Source: Harriotta raleighana
Lineage: Eukaryota
Length of the DNA stretch: 64,000 nt
Assembly: GCA_050575255.1 (NCBI GenBank)
Contig: JBNZDD010013718.1
Location: forward strand, 3,157,098 to 3,221,097
Direction of reading: 5' to 3'
Every line of letters begins with the position of its first letter. The stretch's first letter is position 1. The notes under the pieces were generated by a model. The model had not been told where the DNA came from, did not search any database, and saw nothing but the letters and a program-made list of their open reading frames with translations. Shown here piece by piece: positions 38,690 through 51,375 of the stretch. The position numbers and the translations under genes were made by a program.

Positions 38690-39130
38690 AAAAAAGCTGG
38701 TATTATGCAAATGATTTAAATTGGCCCCACTAACAAAGCATGCCTTTGTTGTTTTAGTAGTAATGCCTGTGTGATCAGTGCAGACAGCCGTTAAGCAAAT
38801 GAAGAGGGAAGTAACACCGTCAGAGAAAAGGATCAGACTGTTCCAGCTGACACTATCCTAATCTTCTAGGACCCATTAAAATGCAGTTTGAAAGCATTAC
38901 CTACAATAACATCCTTGAATATCACTGGTTTTATTTGCAGTATCAAGCATTTCATTTCATGCACCATTAATGACGAGATCAGAGTTTCAAAGCAGCTAAA
39001 CATTTCAACAACTACCTGGACTAAATAGACAATTAACTTCTTAGACAAAACGGCCAATTAACCGCAAAGGTAAGGCTGTCGCCCTCCACTTAAATTAAAT
39101 TTCTTCGCTAACGGCAGTTTGTCTCAGCTC
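38690..39130. promoter_or_regulatory. Candidate enhancer with POU octamer and palindromic SOX site
   Basis: ATGCAAAT at 38705-38712 and AACAAAG-catgc-CTTTGTT at 38732-38750, in a repeat-free context with several TAAT/ATTA cores. Confidence 0.4.
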
Positions 39131-40304
39131 AACCATTAAGGGTATTTAGACAACCACAAAAATGTGTTAAGCAGAATTAGGAGAAAAAGGGAATTAAAAA
39201 GGACAGAGGGAAATCTGCAAATGCACTCTATTTGGGATTTTATTCTTTATTCTGTGCTTGTAACATTTTTGGAGGGAGGGCAGTAATCATTCTAATGCAT
39301 CCAATCGTTGCTCATCATTATTAGAATTAATGAAGTGCTCAAAAAAAATTCCAGGTACATTTTGTTAATTTTTATTTTGTGTTCAATTCCAAAATTCCTA
39401 AAGTATATCAATTCCCTTTATGGCGGCCCTAAAATATGCTGGAGATCTTCAACAAGGATTTCAACATAGTCTAAAAATATAAATCAGTGTCGACTCAAAG
39501 AAAATAATATTTTATCCTATATTCTCGCCATCAGACTCTTAAACAATTTCATTTCGAGATTGCTTCCTGCAATTTCAAAATGGAATCTGTGTTTGTCCTC
39601 TGTAGTGCATGTATCACAAGTAGCATTTTCTATACTGTGAAACTGAGCTAAAGCAAATAGCTACAGGAAATACTAATAAGAACCATGTTAAGTCAATATT
39701 TGTTGAAACTTTTGTCCTCCTCCTAAACATAATAACCACCCAATATGCTTTCTTTTTACAATTTAAAGGACGTATGCAATCCCTCAATTTTAATGTTCAC
39801 TCTCCATGTCCAGCAGCCCATTTCCAACTTGACCTTTCCTCTACAAAGTGCTGGATGCCTCGGATGATACTCAACCTGTCTCCCACTTTCCTTCTATTTT
39901 CCCTGCTCGAGCCCCTCCAGTCCAGTTTTCCAGTTTATATAAATGCAAGTTGTAATATTTTTTGGTGAAAAGTTTCTCATGAAGTTAACAAAAAGAAAAA
40001 GAATTCAAAATTTGCAAGTTTTTTCTTTGAAAACGAATAACAATCAAATTAGCACTTGCCAACTACTCATAGAGCCATTGGTGGTAAATGGGAGAAATCT
40101 CAGCCTCTTGTTCTAGTCATAAATCAAGGAAACGACCATACATACCAGACTATAAATTACAATTATCTTAAAACATGCAATGTGAAATATTTACAGAAAT
40201 TTAGCTTTCTTAACTTTTTAATAAATTATTTCCTGTGTACATTTTTGAATGGAATAAAGACACCTTGGAAGTGCACAGGACTATATCTTATTGATTATTA
40301 TCAA

Positions 40305-40380
40305 CTGCGGACTTGGGACGTCCTCTCAACATGGAAGGGGCAAAACAAATGCAATTTTGTATTGTAATTTTTGTATTGTA
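40305..40380 (+). mobile_element. Tail-only L2 fragment with (TTGTA)n-like end
   Basis: cttgggacgtcctctcaacatggaaggggcaaaacaaatgcaattttgtattgta. Confidence 0.65.
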
Positions 40381-43300
40381 ACTGGTAATCTGGTGAACCA
40401 AAGGGAGCAAATAATCAGGTAAAGTTATGCGAAGCAGCCTTAAACATCTTCAAAGAGTGACTCAAAGACCTCAGAATCCAACTATGTGCTGGGTTCCCTG
40501 TTCTCGCAGGTTAGAAATATGACCTGAAACTGCTTGTAGACTCCTGAAAAGATAGTGTTCCGTTGTTTCCCGTTGCTGAACTGGAAATGTAGTTTTTTTA
40601 AAAAAAAAAGTTAAATTCCCTCAATAAGCATTCTCAAATCAAATTTTGAACAAGTCTTCAAAAACAATGGTAGCATAACAGAGGCATTGTCAACAGAATA
40701 GGAAAAATATAATTCAGAGTGATGCATATAACTTTACATGGTTTAAGTTATTATTTTTAGCATCAACAAGTCAATAATCCACTGTATCTGTTTAGATGTT
40801 TGTGGGAGTGTTGCTCAGAATCGACGGCTGGCCGCCCTTGTACATGTGATTCAATGCACAAACCGTGTTGAATATTCAACTAAATGTACAGTATTAAATA
40901 GTGCATGTCCTAACTTCTGACCCTAGCAGCAGTGTTTATGGTTCCTTATGTTGTGTCTGGCAGAGCATGTTAAAATTTGGCAAAAGGTCAATTTGGTTAT
41001 CTGAGCAGAAGGGCCGAGCATTATAGAGATCAAGCAAAGGTCGAATAACCTTAGAATAGGAGACTTGCTTAGCTGGATTAGCATACATTATAATCACCTT
41101 CCTCCACATCCCTCATCCCTTTACTCAACCAGGAGCAAAACATTACACCAGCATTAGAAAGGCACTAAAGTACACATCCATTACTTCATTCCTGTAGGTG
41201 AGACATTGCAAATTTCTGTTGCTTTTGCCTACAAAGTCGTTATTCCATTTCAAAGTAAAATGCTTTAAGAGTCCTTCCAACATGAAGGGAGCTTTATCAA
41301 GTTTAAGGTCTATATTGTTGTTGTGCAAAATGGGCATAGAGTGTAAAACCACAGATTAAATTAAAAACTTAAAATCTATACTAAACACGAGGCATTAAAA
41401 ATGACTTTTTTAATACATAAATGTGTGGCAGACCCAGTCATTGACATCCTACTACCAAAAGAGTTGGATTCTTCAAGAGAATTCCAAATCAGATGAATTG
41501 GGATTCAGCACTTCCATTTCAGTGCTGGTCTTCAGCTTTCATCTGTGAATGCAGCATTTATTTTTTAATACTGTATAATGGCAAGCCTTGTAGATGACAG
41601 ACATCAATTTTCCTCTGGCTTCGAGCCATGTCCAGCATTCGAATTCTTCTACATTTGTTCCAGATGTCGTCTTCGTAATCTTAACAAAATCTATTGTAAA
41701 AGATAATGGAATGAAATCCATTCAATTCACTCCTGCTCCCGATCCCTTGGCTGTAATCCACATCAGTAATTCAACAGACAATCTGCAAAAATCACCACTC
41801 CATGCAGTAATTTTATTCTATGGCCTGAAATTGTCACTACCCTTCACAACACTTAATTAATTAAAAAAAATCTCTAGTTTGAGTGATGAAGAGTTCTGCA
41901 GTACTTCCATTGAACTTGACCTGTAATGCAGTTACAGCCATCAGCTACTTCTGTGTTGGGTGATGATGTGTTAGTCCCATATCTAGTAGAATATAGGTCA
42001 CAGTTTTAAACCGACCTCTTAGGCAGCTGATATGTGACCTCTATAAAGGCCTGGCCACTTGAATATATGATTCCTCCTTTCCACTGCAGTCATCACCTAT
42101 TATCTTGTTCCATGTGCGCATACACACACTTTTTTTTGTCTTATGTTAATTCAACCTTCACGAATTTCAGTTTTGTTTCTGTAATGTGGAATTCGAACAA
42201 AGCAGTTTGGCCTGAAATTGCTGTTCCTGGAGCATGTGTCTAACATGAATGAGGAACTCAAGCCCCCACCCCCGAGCCTGTACCAGTACAAAATTTGTGA
42301 ATTTTTCCACAGTGCACTGAGGAGTCAAACCTCATTAGGTAAAATCTATCTAAGTAAGGTGTGGAACAAATGCTTGCCCTTTGCGAGCTTTTTTTTATAT
42401 TAAAAAAACTGTCTCATGGGAGGGCTGGACATCTGCAATGTTCCTGAGGTAAGTGGTTGTTGCTCTTATTACATAATTCTTCTGTACTGTGCTACCAATT
42501 TGTGTAAATTAAGATTGTCTGTTTCACTGCATTGGAATTTTCTCGCCACGTAAAGAGGCACAAATGGTGCTTTCAACCGAGTGCATAAGAGCAAGATTGG
42601 ATCACATCTGCAATTTGGTATGGTGAAGGTGTCCGCTTAGAAAATTATATTGCACATTCCAAAACCATGTCATGGATTACAGGACTGGATTCCCAGAAAG
42701 CAAACTGCAGCTCAAGGATGGGGGATTAAGATTCTTTCTCAGTAAATTTAATTTGATACAAGTTTCCATTTGCTTAACAAACTTCCCTCCCTGCCACCAC
42801 CCCCACCCATAAGAAAAACTGTACGTTTCAGTTCATTTAATTGTCTATTCAAAAAGTGCAGTTCTGCCAATGAAGGTGAAATGACACCGTTCCCTATGAA
42901 TATTATCCTATGTGAAGGATGTTTTTTTTTAGCTGCAAGTGGTAATTGTAGTTGTTGTTCCAATGTCAATTGTAATGCAATCTTTCATGTTTAGTCGTGG
43001 GATGTTGCTAGCCTATAGGTTCCTCCTTTCTCTGAGTGCTGGCAGTTGAGGAGCTATATCACGGATTCAGAGAAGGGAGATGATTCATTGATAAGGACTG
43101 GGTCAAAAATACTCTCAGATTGGCATAATTTTTTCAATTGTGCATATGTTTAACTGGGATCTGAATGGCTGGAGGTTGGATTTGGGAGGTGGGGGTAGGG
43201 TGGGGGGAGTGATGATTAATCTGCACCAGAAAGGCTTGTAATAACTACCATGAGTAAAATGAGACACCAACAGTGTATAGTATAGAAGTAGTATTCAATT

Positions 43301-43643
43301 TTCATGTGCTTAATAATCCCAGTTAAAAAAAATATGTACAGTATATATTTCCTGATATACATCGGACTGTGTAAATGGAAATTACTGGCTTTCAATGGGA
43401 ACAATGCTTACACATTCCTGCACAGGTACTTGCGATCCAGCTGTGGAAGAGGTTGAACACACCTCTCATGTAGTAGTGTGAGCAGGGTAAGTGCAGGAGC
43501 ATCAGGGATGTGAACCACTTACTTCTCTGCCAGATATCCATTGTTTGGATCCCAAAAGCTCGGCTGTAAATTGTCAGGGAGCACACAGCAATGGGATGAA
43601 ATGGTGGAGAAAGGACCATGAAAATGCTCCCTTATGCAGTCCA

Positions 43644-43860
43644 ATAATAATAATCCTTTCATGTGATACAGTGTCGTACCACTCCAAAGGATGTCTCAAA
43701 GCGCCTCACACGATTTACCGTAAACTGACATGACTGTGTGTTGGCAGGGAAACGCGACAGAATATATGACCAATTTTATTTGGGGGATTGCTAGCCAGGA
43801 CACCAGGAGAAACCTCTTCATTTTGAACAGTGCCATGAATGTCCACATAAATAAGCAGGA
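43644..43860 (-). mobile_element. Deu-domain SINE with internal deletion
   Basis: (AAT)n-cctttcatgtgatacag...gatgtctcaaagcgcctcaca...tgaccaattttatttgggggattgctagccaggacaccaggagaaacctc...agtgccatg. Confidence 0.85.
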
Positions 43861-44799
43861 AACATGACGAGACATGAATTTGCATTGTGCAAGTGTCCTT
43901 CTGTTCTTCATCAGGTGGCATGTGAGATGGAATTGCCCATAGAATATTGAAAGAAGAGACAACCAGTAACCTTTCTTTTACAGTGCAATCTTATTAATAC
44001 TGATTTTTTTTGGACGCGCGTGCGTGTTGTCTGCTGAAATAGGTACGTCAGAATGGCAGTGCCTTCAAATTGTTGGCAGTACTAATGAATCAGATAAAAG
44101 TAAACAAAAAAAGGAGCATAAAATACAATTATTACTGCCCTTTCTCACAGGCAGACGACTGCATATTATTGAAGATTCAATGGCCCACTGTCTCCAGCAT
44201 AATAAGTGAAATGAGACAGGGACACAAAGAGATAAATTATTTCTGGTGATTTTTTTTTTAATATATATCATGTTGACCTTTAGAATGAAGATGAAGTCAG
44301 ACTTGGGTAAAACAAATAGCCACATTTCATCTTTGGTTAGCCTTAGAACCCGACCTTTGAACTTAATTTTCCATCTGAACCTATTTCCATGCACCATTTC
44401 CCCACAGTACCGATAAGTGCTTGGTGCTGAGTGACGATGATTAGAAACATATTTTATTTAGTGTGATAAGAAAGCATTACTTAATATGCCATAATATTCC
44501 TTTCTAACACGTCCCTATTACAAGACACCAAGGGCTGATAGATAGCTGGGAATGAGATCAAAAAAGAGCCACATACAGTGCTTCAACTTCCCACTCCCTT
44601 CATATTATTATCGTATCATCAACCCCACTATCTCTAACATAAGAGTCAAGGGGTTGGAAGCAAAGATATTTATAAGAGAGCGCGAGATTGGGCTCGGGTC
44701 AGACGAAAGGGTAATTATTGTAAAATGTCAGGTTAACACTGAGAGTCTCAGTTCATCCAACTGAGAGGAGATTAGTCCAGATGGAGACATTTTCTACAC

Positions 44800-45235
44800 T
44801 GCGACGCAGCCAATGGGAAACGTTCAGGATTAGCTGTGCACCTTCTCTCATCTCCACTCACTAAAGGTCATTTTCTACTCATTGCTTCTCTCCTAAGATG
44901 TGCCTCTTTATTTGTGCAGCTCAGGCAGGAAATAGGGCCTTTTTATCAGTAAATTAAATATTCAGAGTTTAAAAGCTGGTATTTTTCTGACCGTTTTCTC
45001 TCTCTCGCTCTCTCTCTTTCTCACTCTCTCTCTCTCTCTCTCAAGACCACTTTCATCCTCGTTAACAGTGGGGAATAGTTGTAGAAAAATGTCAACCCGG
45101 CAGATTTTATGGTGCTTTTTTTTTTAGCTCTATGGATTTAATCATTTAAAATGCTTTGGAGCTTTTTTTTTTGCAAGCTTATAGGTTAACCAGCACATTA
45201 TAAATTATATAGGTTTTCGATATGGCTGCGTAAGT
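44800..45235 (+). promoter_or_regulatory. Candidate promoter and first exon ending in ATG GCT GC|GTAAGT
   Basis: NF-Y-type AGCCAATGGG 44808-44817, Inr-like TCATTTT at 44868, a (CT)n tract, ATG at 45222 in gatATGG context, and a donor GTAAGT at 45230-45235. Upstream ATGs are present and there is no CpG island. Confidence 0.3.
44997..45042. repeat. (CT)n microsatellite, interrupted
   Basis: Direct inspection of the sequence. Confidence 0.95.
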
Positions 45236-47234
45236 GTCTTATGAGTTCAGCTCATGGGTCTGGTTTGGTGCTGTGAACTGTAGTTTGACACCAGAATGGG
45301 CTACATTGGTCACTGTTAACGGAATGCATTGCTTTCACCTTCTTTTGGTTATGGTCATTTGCTTGAGCCTTCTGTTACTTCACTGTTCAGTGGATTAGGT
45401 GAGACATTTTGTTGATTTTATGCTGTTAGCTTTGGTATTTTTACAGGTGCATCATGCTTTTTCACTGGTGGTTTTGCAGCATTGTGTTGAAGCTCTCTCT
45501 TAGCAGTTGGAGAAACATACTGAACAATGTATATGGGACACTGTTGTGCGCAATTGGCCTGCCATGTTAATATCAAGTTATTTTCTTCAGAATCCTCTAA
45601 AACAGAAAGCAAGTACACATCTTGAAAGTCGAGAAAGAAATTAAATCTACAAAGAGTTAATGATTGTTTGCTGGACAAATCTAGCCAAATTTCAAAGAAA
45701 TCAGAAGTACACACGTATTCAATTTTGTGACTTTTATTTAAACAACAGTTTCCTTTGAACAAACTCTCACTCATTTATCATCCATAGTTTAAGCAGTACA
45801 GAATATGTTCTCTCTTGAATAAACTCCCTGAAAACAAAACCATTTTAAAACAAAGTTCCATTTCATTCAGTCCACATTGTAAAAAGAAAATAATATCCCA
45901 AGCTTTGTTTCACAATAGCTGCTTATTTTTGTTTTAAAAAATAGTATTATTCGAGTATTTCTTACAGATGGCTGTCCTTATTTCATATACTCCAAATTTA
46001 AATCTCTTCCTGTCAGATATTACTAATTATCTGGTCTGCAAATCTATTCAAAGACTAGCCTCATCCTTCCAAAAGAGAATCCGTGTATCCCACACCCACT
46101 CCTCCCCAACCCACCGCCCCCATCCCCAGATCTGAAAAAAACATTATTAAGAGAGCAATGCGTCAACTCTGCTTTGACAATATTATTCCGAGGTGGGCTG
46201 TGAGAGGGTGGTGTGGGCGATGTAAATGTCAGATTGCAGTATCAGGAGCGCTTCTTAATGCTTGGGATTTAGACGTGTTAGCGGGCAGCACAGTGGTGGA
46301 GTCTCAGTGTTAATTCACACAACTCCAAGGCAGCATCAGGCCTGGGAATATTTGATGTGGTCCTTTCTTCACAAAGATGTGGGCCCATTCCTGAGAAATA
46401 TCAGTTCTCACTTTGCGAAGCACGAAATGTACGAGCATCTGGAACACACTACAAAAGCAGCAAAACATAATACTGTAGAACCAAATGCTGGTTTCAACAA
46501 CAAAATTTGAAATGTGTGGACATTGCACATTTTAAAATAAAACTTATAATTAGAACTATTCAGTGGTATCAAAATAATAAATACTCTCGATAACGTTTTC
46601 TTTCAACATATGTGCACTCAGATCGTGTCAATGTCCAGGAAATATGAATATGAATATTAAATATGAAAAGGTTATGAAAACAAAGCTCAAAAGAAGTTCC
46701 TCCGATTTAAAACATGGATGCCAACAATAACTTAAAGCTGAAAGGTTTTTAAGACAAGTTTTACTAATGTATTGCCAATTTAAGTTATTAAATGAAAACA
46801 TAAAAAGATGACCTTCAGTTTCTACAAATATAAATTTATGATGTTCATCATGCAGGACATGGGAACTAAATCTTTTCAGTGTTCTGTGAAAGGAAAAGAT
46901 AACATGAACCAAAGTATTCTGCATATTTTATATCATCTGTCACAGAAACTATGACATAACTTTGTCAGCCCATTAAATTAATGCAACAGTATTTTTTTGC
47001 TGGCCAATGTAGATCTGCAATTAATAAAAAATAAACACATCCTCATTGGCACCAGTATGTTGTATATCAAAATCATTTCATTCAAATTGTTTAACAACAT
47101 CTATGAAATATCCTTGTTTTAAAAAAATGCAACTACAGTATTTGAATTTAATCAGTTTGCATTCACTTTAAAGGACAATTTAAAGAAATAAGAACTGTGT
47201 AGTTCATCACCATCTTGGTAGAAATATAAAATGG

Positions 47235-47580
47235 TGGCATAGTGTAATGGATAGAGCTGCAGCTTAAAGACTATTGGCTTAGATCCTGGTCATGCTGAGT
47301 TTGCTGTTCAGTGCCTTGTGGATGCCCAGGATTAGACGGGGGTTAACAAGTCAGAGTTCTTGCTCTACAACACTGGTTTTGTGCAGGTGTGGCAGCCAGA
47401 CTCTGCTCTACACCATATAAACTTGAGTGGCCTGGCATTACTAGGTGTCAAGGTTTGTACATGGTCACTTGATTGGGATACTGGAGGACAACCAGTGTCT
47501 GTGGAACCACAATCCACCATCGCAAGTGGAGGTCAGACCAGGAGCAGAGTGGTGGGGAGAAAATTGGAAGAAAAAATTGG
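47235..47580 (+). mobile_element. Ancient tRNA-headed SINE, AmnSINE2-like, near full length
   Basis: A-box-like gtggcatagtgtaatgg, then gctgagtttgctg / agtcagagttcttgctc / atggtcacttgattgggatactggagg / gtggaaccacaatcc / ggggagaaaattgg, colinear with the other copies. Confidence 0.6.
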
Positions 47581-50569
47581 GACACACTAAATCTCTTGAA
47601 AAAAAAATGTAAAATGGTTTGCAACATTACTCTGAATCTGAAATAACGGAATAGGTTAAAGTAGTAAGTTATCTTCATAATAGCATTAACATTTCATAAA
47701 TGTAATGAGTTTCAAATGAGATTTATTGGTTTTCTTCCAGTGTTGAAATGAGCTGGTCGACTGAGAGACCTTCTGACTCTTTGTGAAACTCCACACTGCC
47801 CTGTTTTGATTATATGTGCTATGTCTCTCACCTGACTCTGTGTATCAAGGGGATGAAAAAAACTGGAATCCACCCACAGCAAATTTGGAATATCAGAAAA
47901 GGATAAGACCTGGACTGCAGTGCAAGGCTTCACTGATTAGAGTTTGAATCTGGCAACTTATTTTTAAAATATACATTGAAGGATAAATTCACATGTGTTC
48001 TCTAACTGTAAAAATTAACCTGTATGTGTGTGGATTAGGTAGAGATTAGAAAAAAAATAAGTGGGAGGCAAGAAGAAATTAAGGGGAATAAAGATTTTTC
48101 TTCCTGCAGAGGGATATTGGAAAGAGTAGTTATTGTAATAACATGTAAATGGAGTGAGGAATTAACATTCGAGTTGCATTCTATGATTCTATGATTCATT
48201 GCAGATGCTTGAACCATTGTAGGCTCAGTAGGCTACAAGGCCTCTTCCTACACTGCAAAGTTTGATGTATGCCACTTCCAGAATGCCAGCAAAGATGTTT
48301 TACCATGTGCATGCCTCCGGAGTTAATTTAGCACCACATTGACACTGCGGATCAGTCCTTGCAGGCAATGAGACAGCAGTTGTAACTTGTGTTCTTCCCT
48401 CAAAAAAAGAACAACGAGGAGAAAGCCATTATCCCATGTGTTATACGAAAAGGTGGTTTCTATTATGTTGGAAGGAAGTTTGAAAGCTGGTGATTAAAAA
48501 CCTCTCAACATTCGGTGCAACCGCTATAGTTTAGGGATCAAAAATCAGCAGAGTACAGGATAAATTAAAGGCATTTTTGTATGCTATGAAAATTTTATTT
48601 GTGTTGATGTTACACCAAACTGGTAGTTTGGCTTTTCATCACGACAGAGAAATGAACAGCTCGATCTCATTAGTCCTGATCGCTTCAGAGGCACTCATCT
48701 ATACTGTCTCACTTCTTGTTAAGCAGATAATGTTGCACTTGTCATGATCTCCTTCAAAACCACATATATTTTAATTGGGTAACAGGCCAGTTTGCTTCAA
48801 ATGCCTCAGTCCTGTTAAGCCAAAATTAAAAAGTCACCACCAATAAGTTATGGAGAAAGGAGGTAAGACTAATAAACAGTGCCAGACCATTATCTAAATA
48901 TATATTATACAACCTGCATGTGAAATTTAAGCAGTTATCTCCTCTAGGCAATATATTTGGACTAATTAAAATAATGGGGCAGAAGCTCTCTCCAAACAAA
49001 AATATTCAGCTGATATTTCTAATATACTTAAACAAAAATACAATCCAGAATATATTTGAAGAACAGTGCATGCAATTAGATAGTACATACAACAAGTGCG
49101 TAATCAATGGACAGCTTTTAGATTGTACTTAGAAATGAATATGTATACAGTATTTATTTTGGAATTACTTTGTCCTTTATTATCTACCTGTGAAACGGAC
49201 TGTATGATACTCCAGCATTTACCATTCAAATGATCCCTTAGAGCTGTGATCTTGTATTTAAGCGATTGTATTTGTCTCTTGTCCCTGTCAAATCAGAGTG
49301 TGACATTAGAAATAGCATTATGTGTTACTACTGCAAGTCTGTAAGACCCAAAAAGCAGTTAATCCATATTATTTCAGGCACTGTCTTTTTCCAATGGGAA
49401 TGAGATAATATGGGGTGGTGAGATAGGGGTTAAGACTAAGTTAATCTTTAGAATAATACCAAAATATTACAGCCATATTATTTGTGGTCTGTATATCCTC
49501 CCAGTGCTAGTTAGTTTCTCAACACATGAATGCAAGCAGCTTGCACTCTGTACTAATCCTGCAATGTAACCTGCCCAGGAAGAGAGGCACAAGAGTGAGC
49601 ATGCCCATTCCCAGAGTCTAACCTCTGCTTGGTTCCCCGCCTCTCTTCACTTATTAGCTGAGGGTAGGAACTCTCCTTGTGGGAAATAACAACAATAAAG
49701 CTGCTTCTGAGTGCTTCTAACCGCACAATAGTTCCAACTTTTTAAAATTGATATAAAAAGTAAAATAAAACAAAAAGTTTTTTTTTGCTAACGTGCGTCT
49801 CTTAAGAATTTTCTGTCCACATTAATAAAAGGGAATGAACCTAAAAAGCCAATGGTAATGGGCTTGGCATGGGTCATAGAAGATTGACTGGTCTCTATAG
49901 GATTATAAAGCGTCTTGCAATCAGAAATAGAGTGCATCAATTGAATGACAGCAAAGTGATGATTTATGATAATTTTCACCATTTTAAGGATTACTTTCCC
50001 TATTATAAGGTAGAACCGATGCAAGATGTAATATTTACCAGCAGAATAATATTTTCAAATGATCCATCCATATGATTTAATGCACTGAGCCCAAAGTACA
50101 TTAGTGTTTTTTTTATCCAAGAAAGGCTTCACAAACTAATTTTAAAGAGATTGCACTGAAAATAAGGACTTTATAGAAGGAACACAAATAAAATTTTCAT
50201 AGCATACAAAAATGCCCTTAATTCATTTATCTGATGCTAAATAATGTGCTGTCACATGTGCTATGCCCAACTGCATTTGGACATAATTGCTTGTAGTAAG
50301 ATTGAATGTTTAAATGTTATTCTCAGTTACAATTAATCAACTGCAGTTTTCGTTTTTTTTTAGAAAAAGGAATGAATTTCAAAAGGGCTATTGTACCAAG
50401 GCAAAAACTAACACTGTAGAACCGGCACCCAGAAATATGCTGAGAACTATGCATTTTATTCCGAGTATTAAAATAATATGAAGTTATATAAACACTGATC
50501 TGCAGGATGACAGCTGACTGAATTTACTTAGGAAGATTGTCACTGAAAACACACATTCCAAAAGGCAGG

Positions 50570-50870
50570 GTTAATTGTTCGTCTTCCTCGGTGCCAGCAT
50601 TCGATTTATCCCCCCGTGCTCTCCTTCGCCACTCTGAACTCTGCTGCAAACTTCACCGCTTGTCAGTCCTAAACTGATGCTCTTTGCGGTTAACATGCAA
50701 GCAAAGGGAATAATCTGATCGCTATCTTTGCAGCTGAGATCTGCATCGTAAACCTTATGATTTTCTGCTGTCTTGCACAAGCGCTTTCATCACATTTAAA
50801 TTAGTTTTGAAGGACTATTATAATTTCACTTCATAGCTGCCGTAATTGTTCTGAAGCATAATTATCTTTT
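50570..50870. promoter_or_regulatory. Candidate CpG-retaining regulatory element
   Basis: 11 CpGs counted in 50580-50842 against a CpG-poor background, a posterior-Hox/Cdx-type TCGTAAA at 50746-50752, and no repeat similarity. Confidence 0.3.
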
Positions 50871-51375
50871 TTCAAAATCATTTTGTCTCTTTTTTTATAT
50901 AATCCACCCTCTTTTGTCTCATTCTATAGGGGTAGTGCCCCTTTCATCCAGCTGCTTTCTTTTATTTTTTTTCCATTGAAATTCCTTTAATCCTGGCTGG
51001 AGACAGACAACCTTTCCCTCCCCTTCGTTGTCCATTTTATTTCCCCCTCCCCCTTGCCCCTTATTACTTCAGGCAACCTAATCTGCATCTTTAACTCTTT
51101 CTAGTCCGCTACAGCATTCTTGCCTTGTGCTCAGAATTACCACCAAAATCAGAACTGCCCAATTTAGTTAGTCAGCACCAACCACATCACTGGACAAGCC
51201 TTTTTGCCCATCTGTTTATATCCATCTAGCAATTGGAAGAAACTGATGTTGGCAAAAGATATTTACAACTTTTGTAAATTTCGTTCCTCTAAAATGCGCA
51301 ATTTCTATTTCCCAGATGGAAGACATTTAAAGGAATCCCAATTATTCTTTCCCCCACCTCCTGATCTCATCGTCT

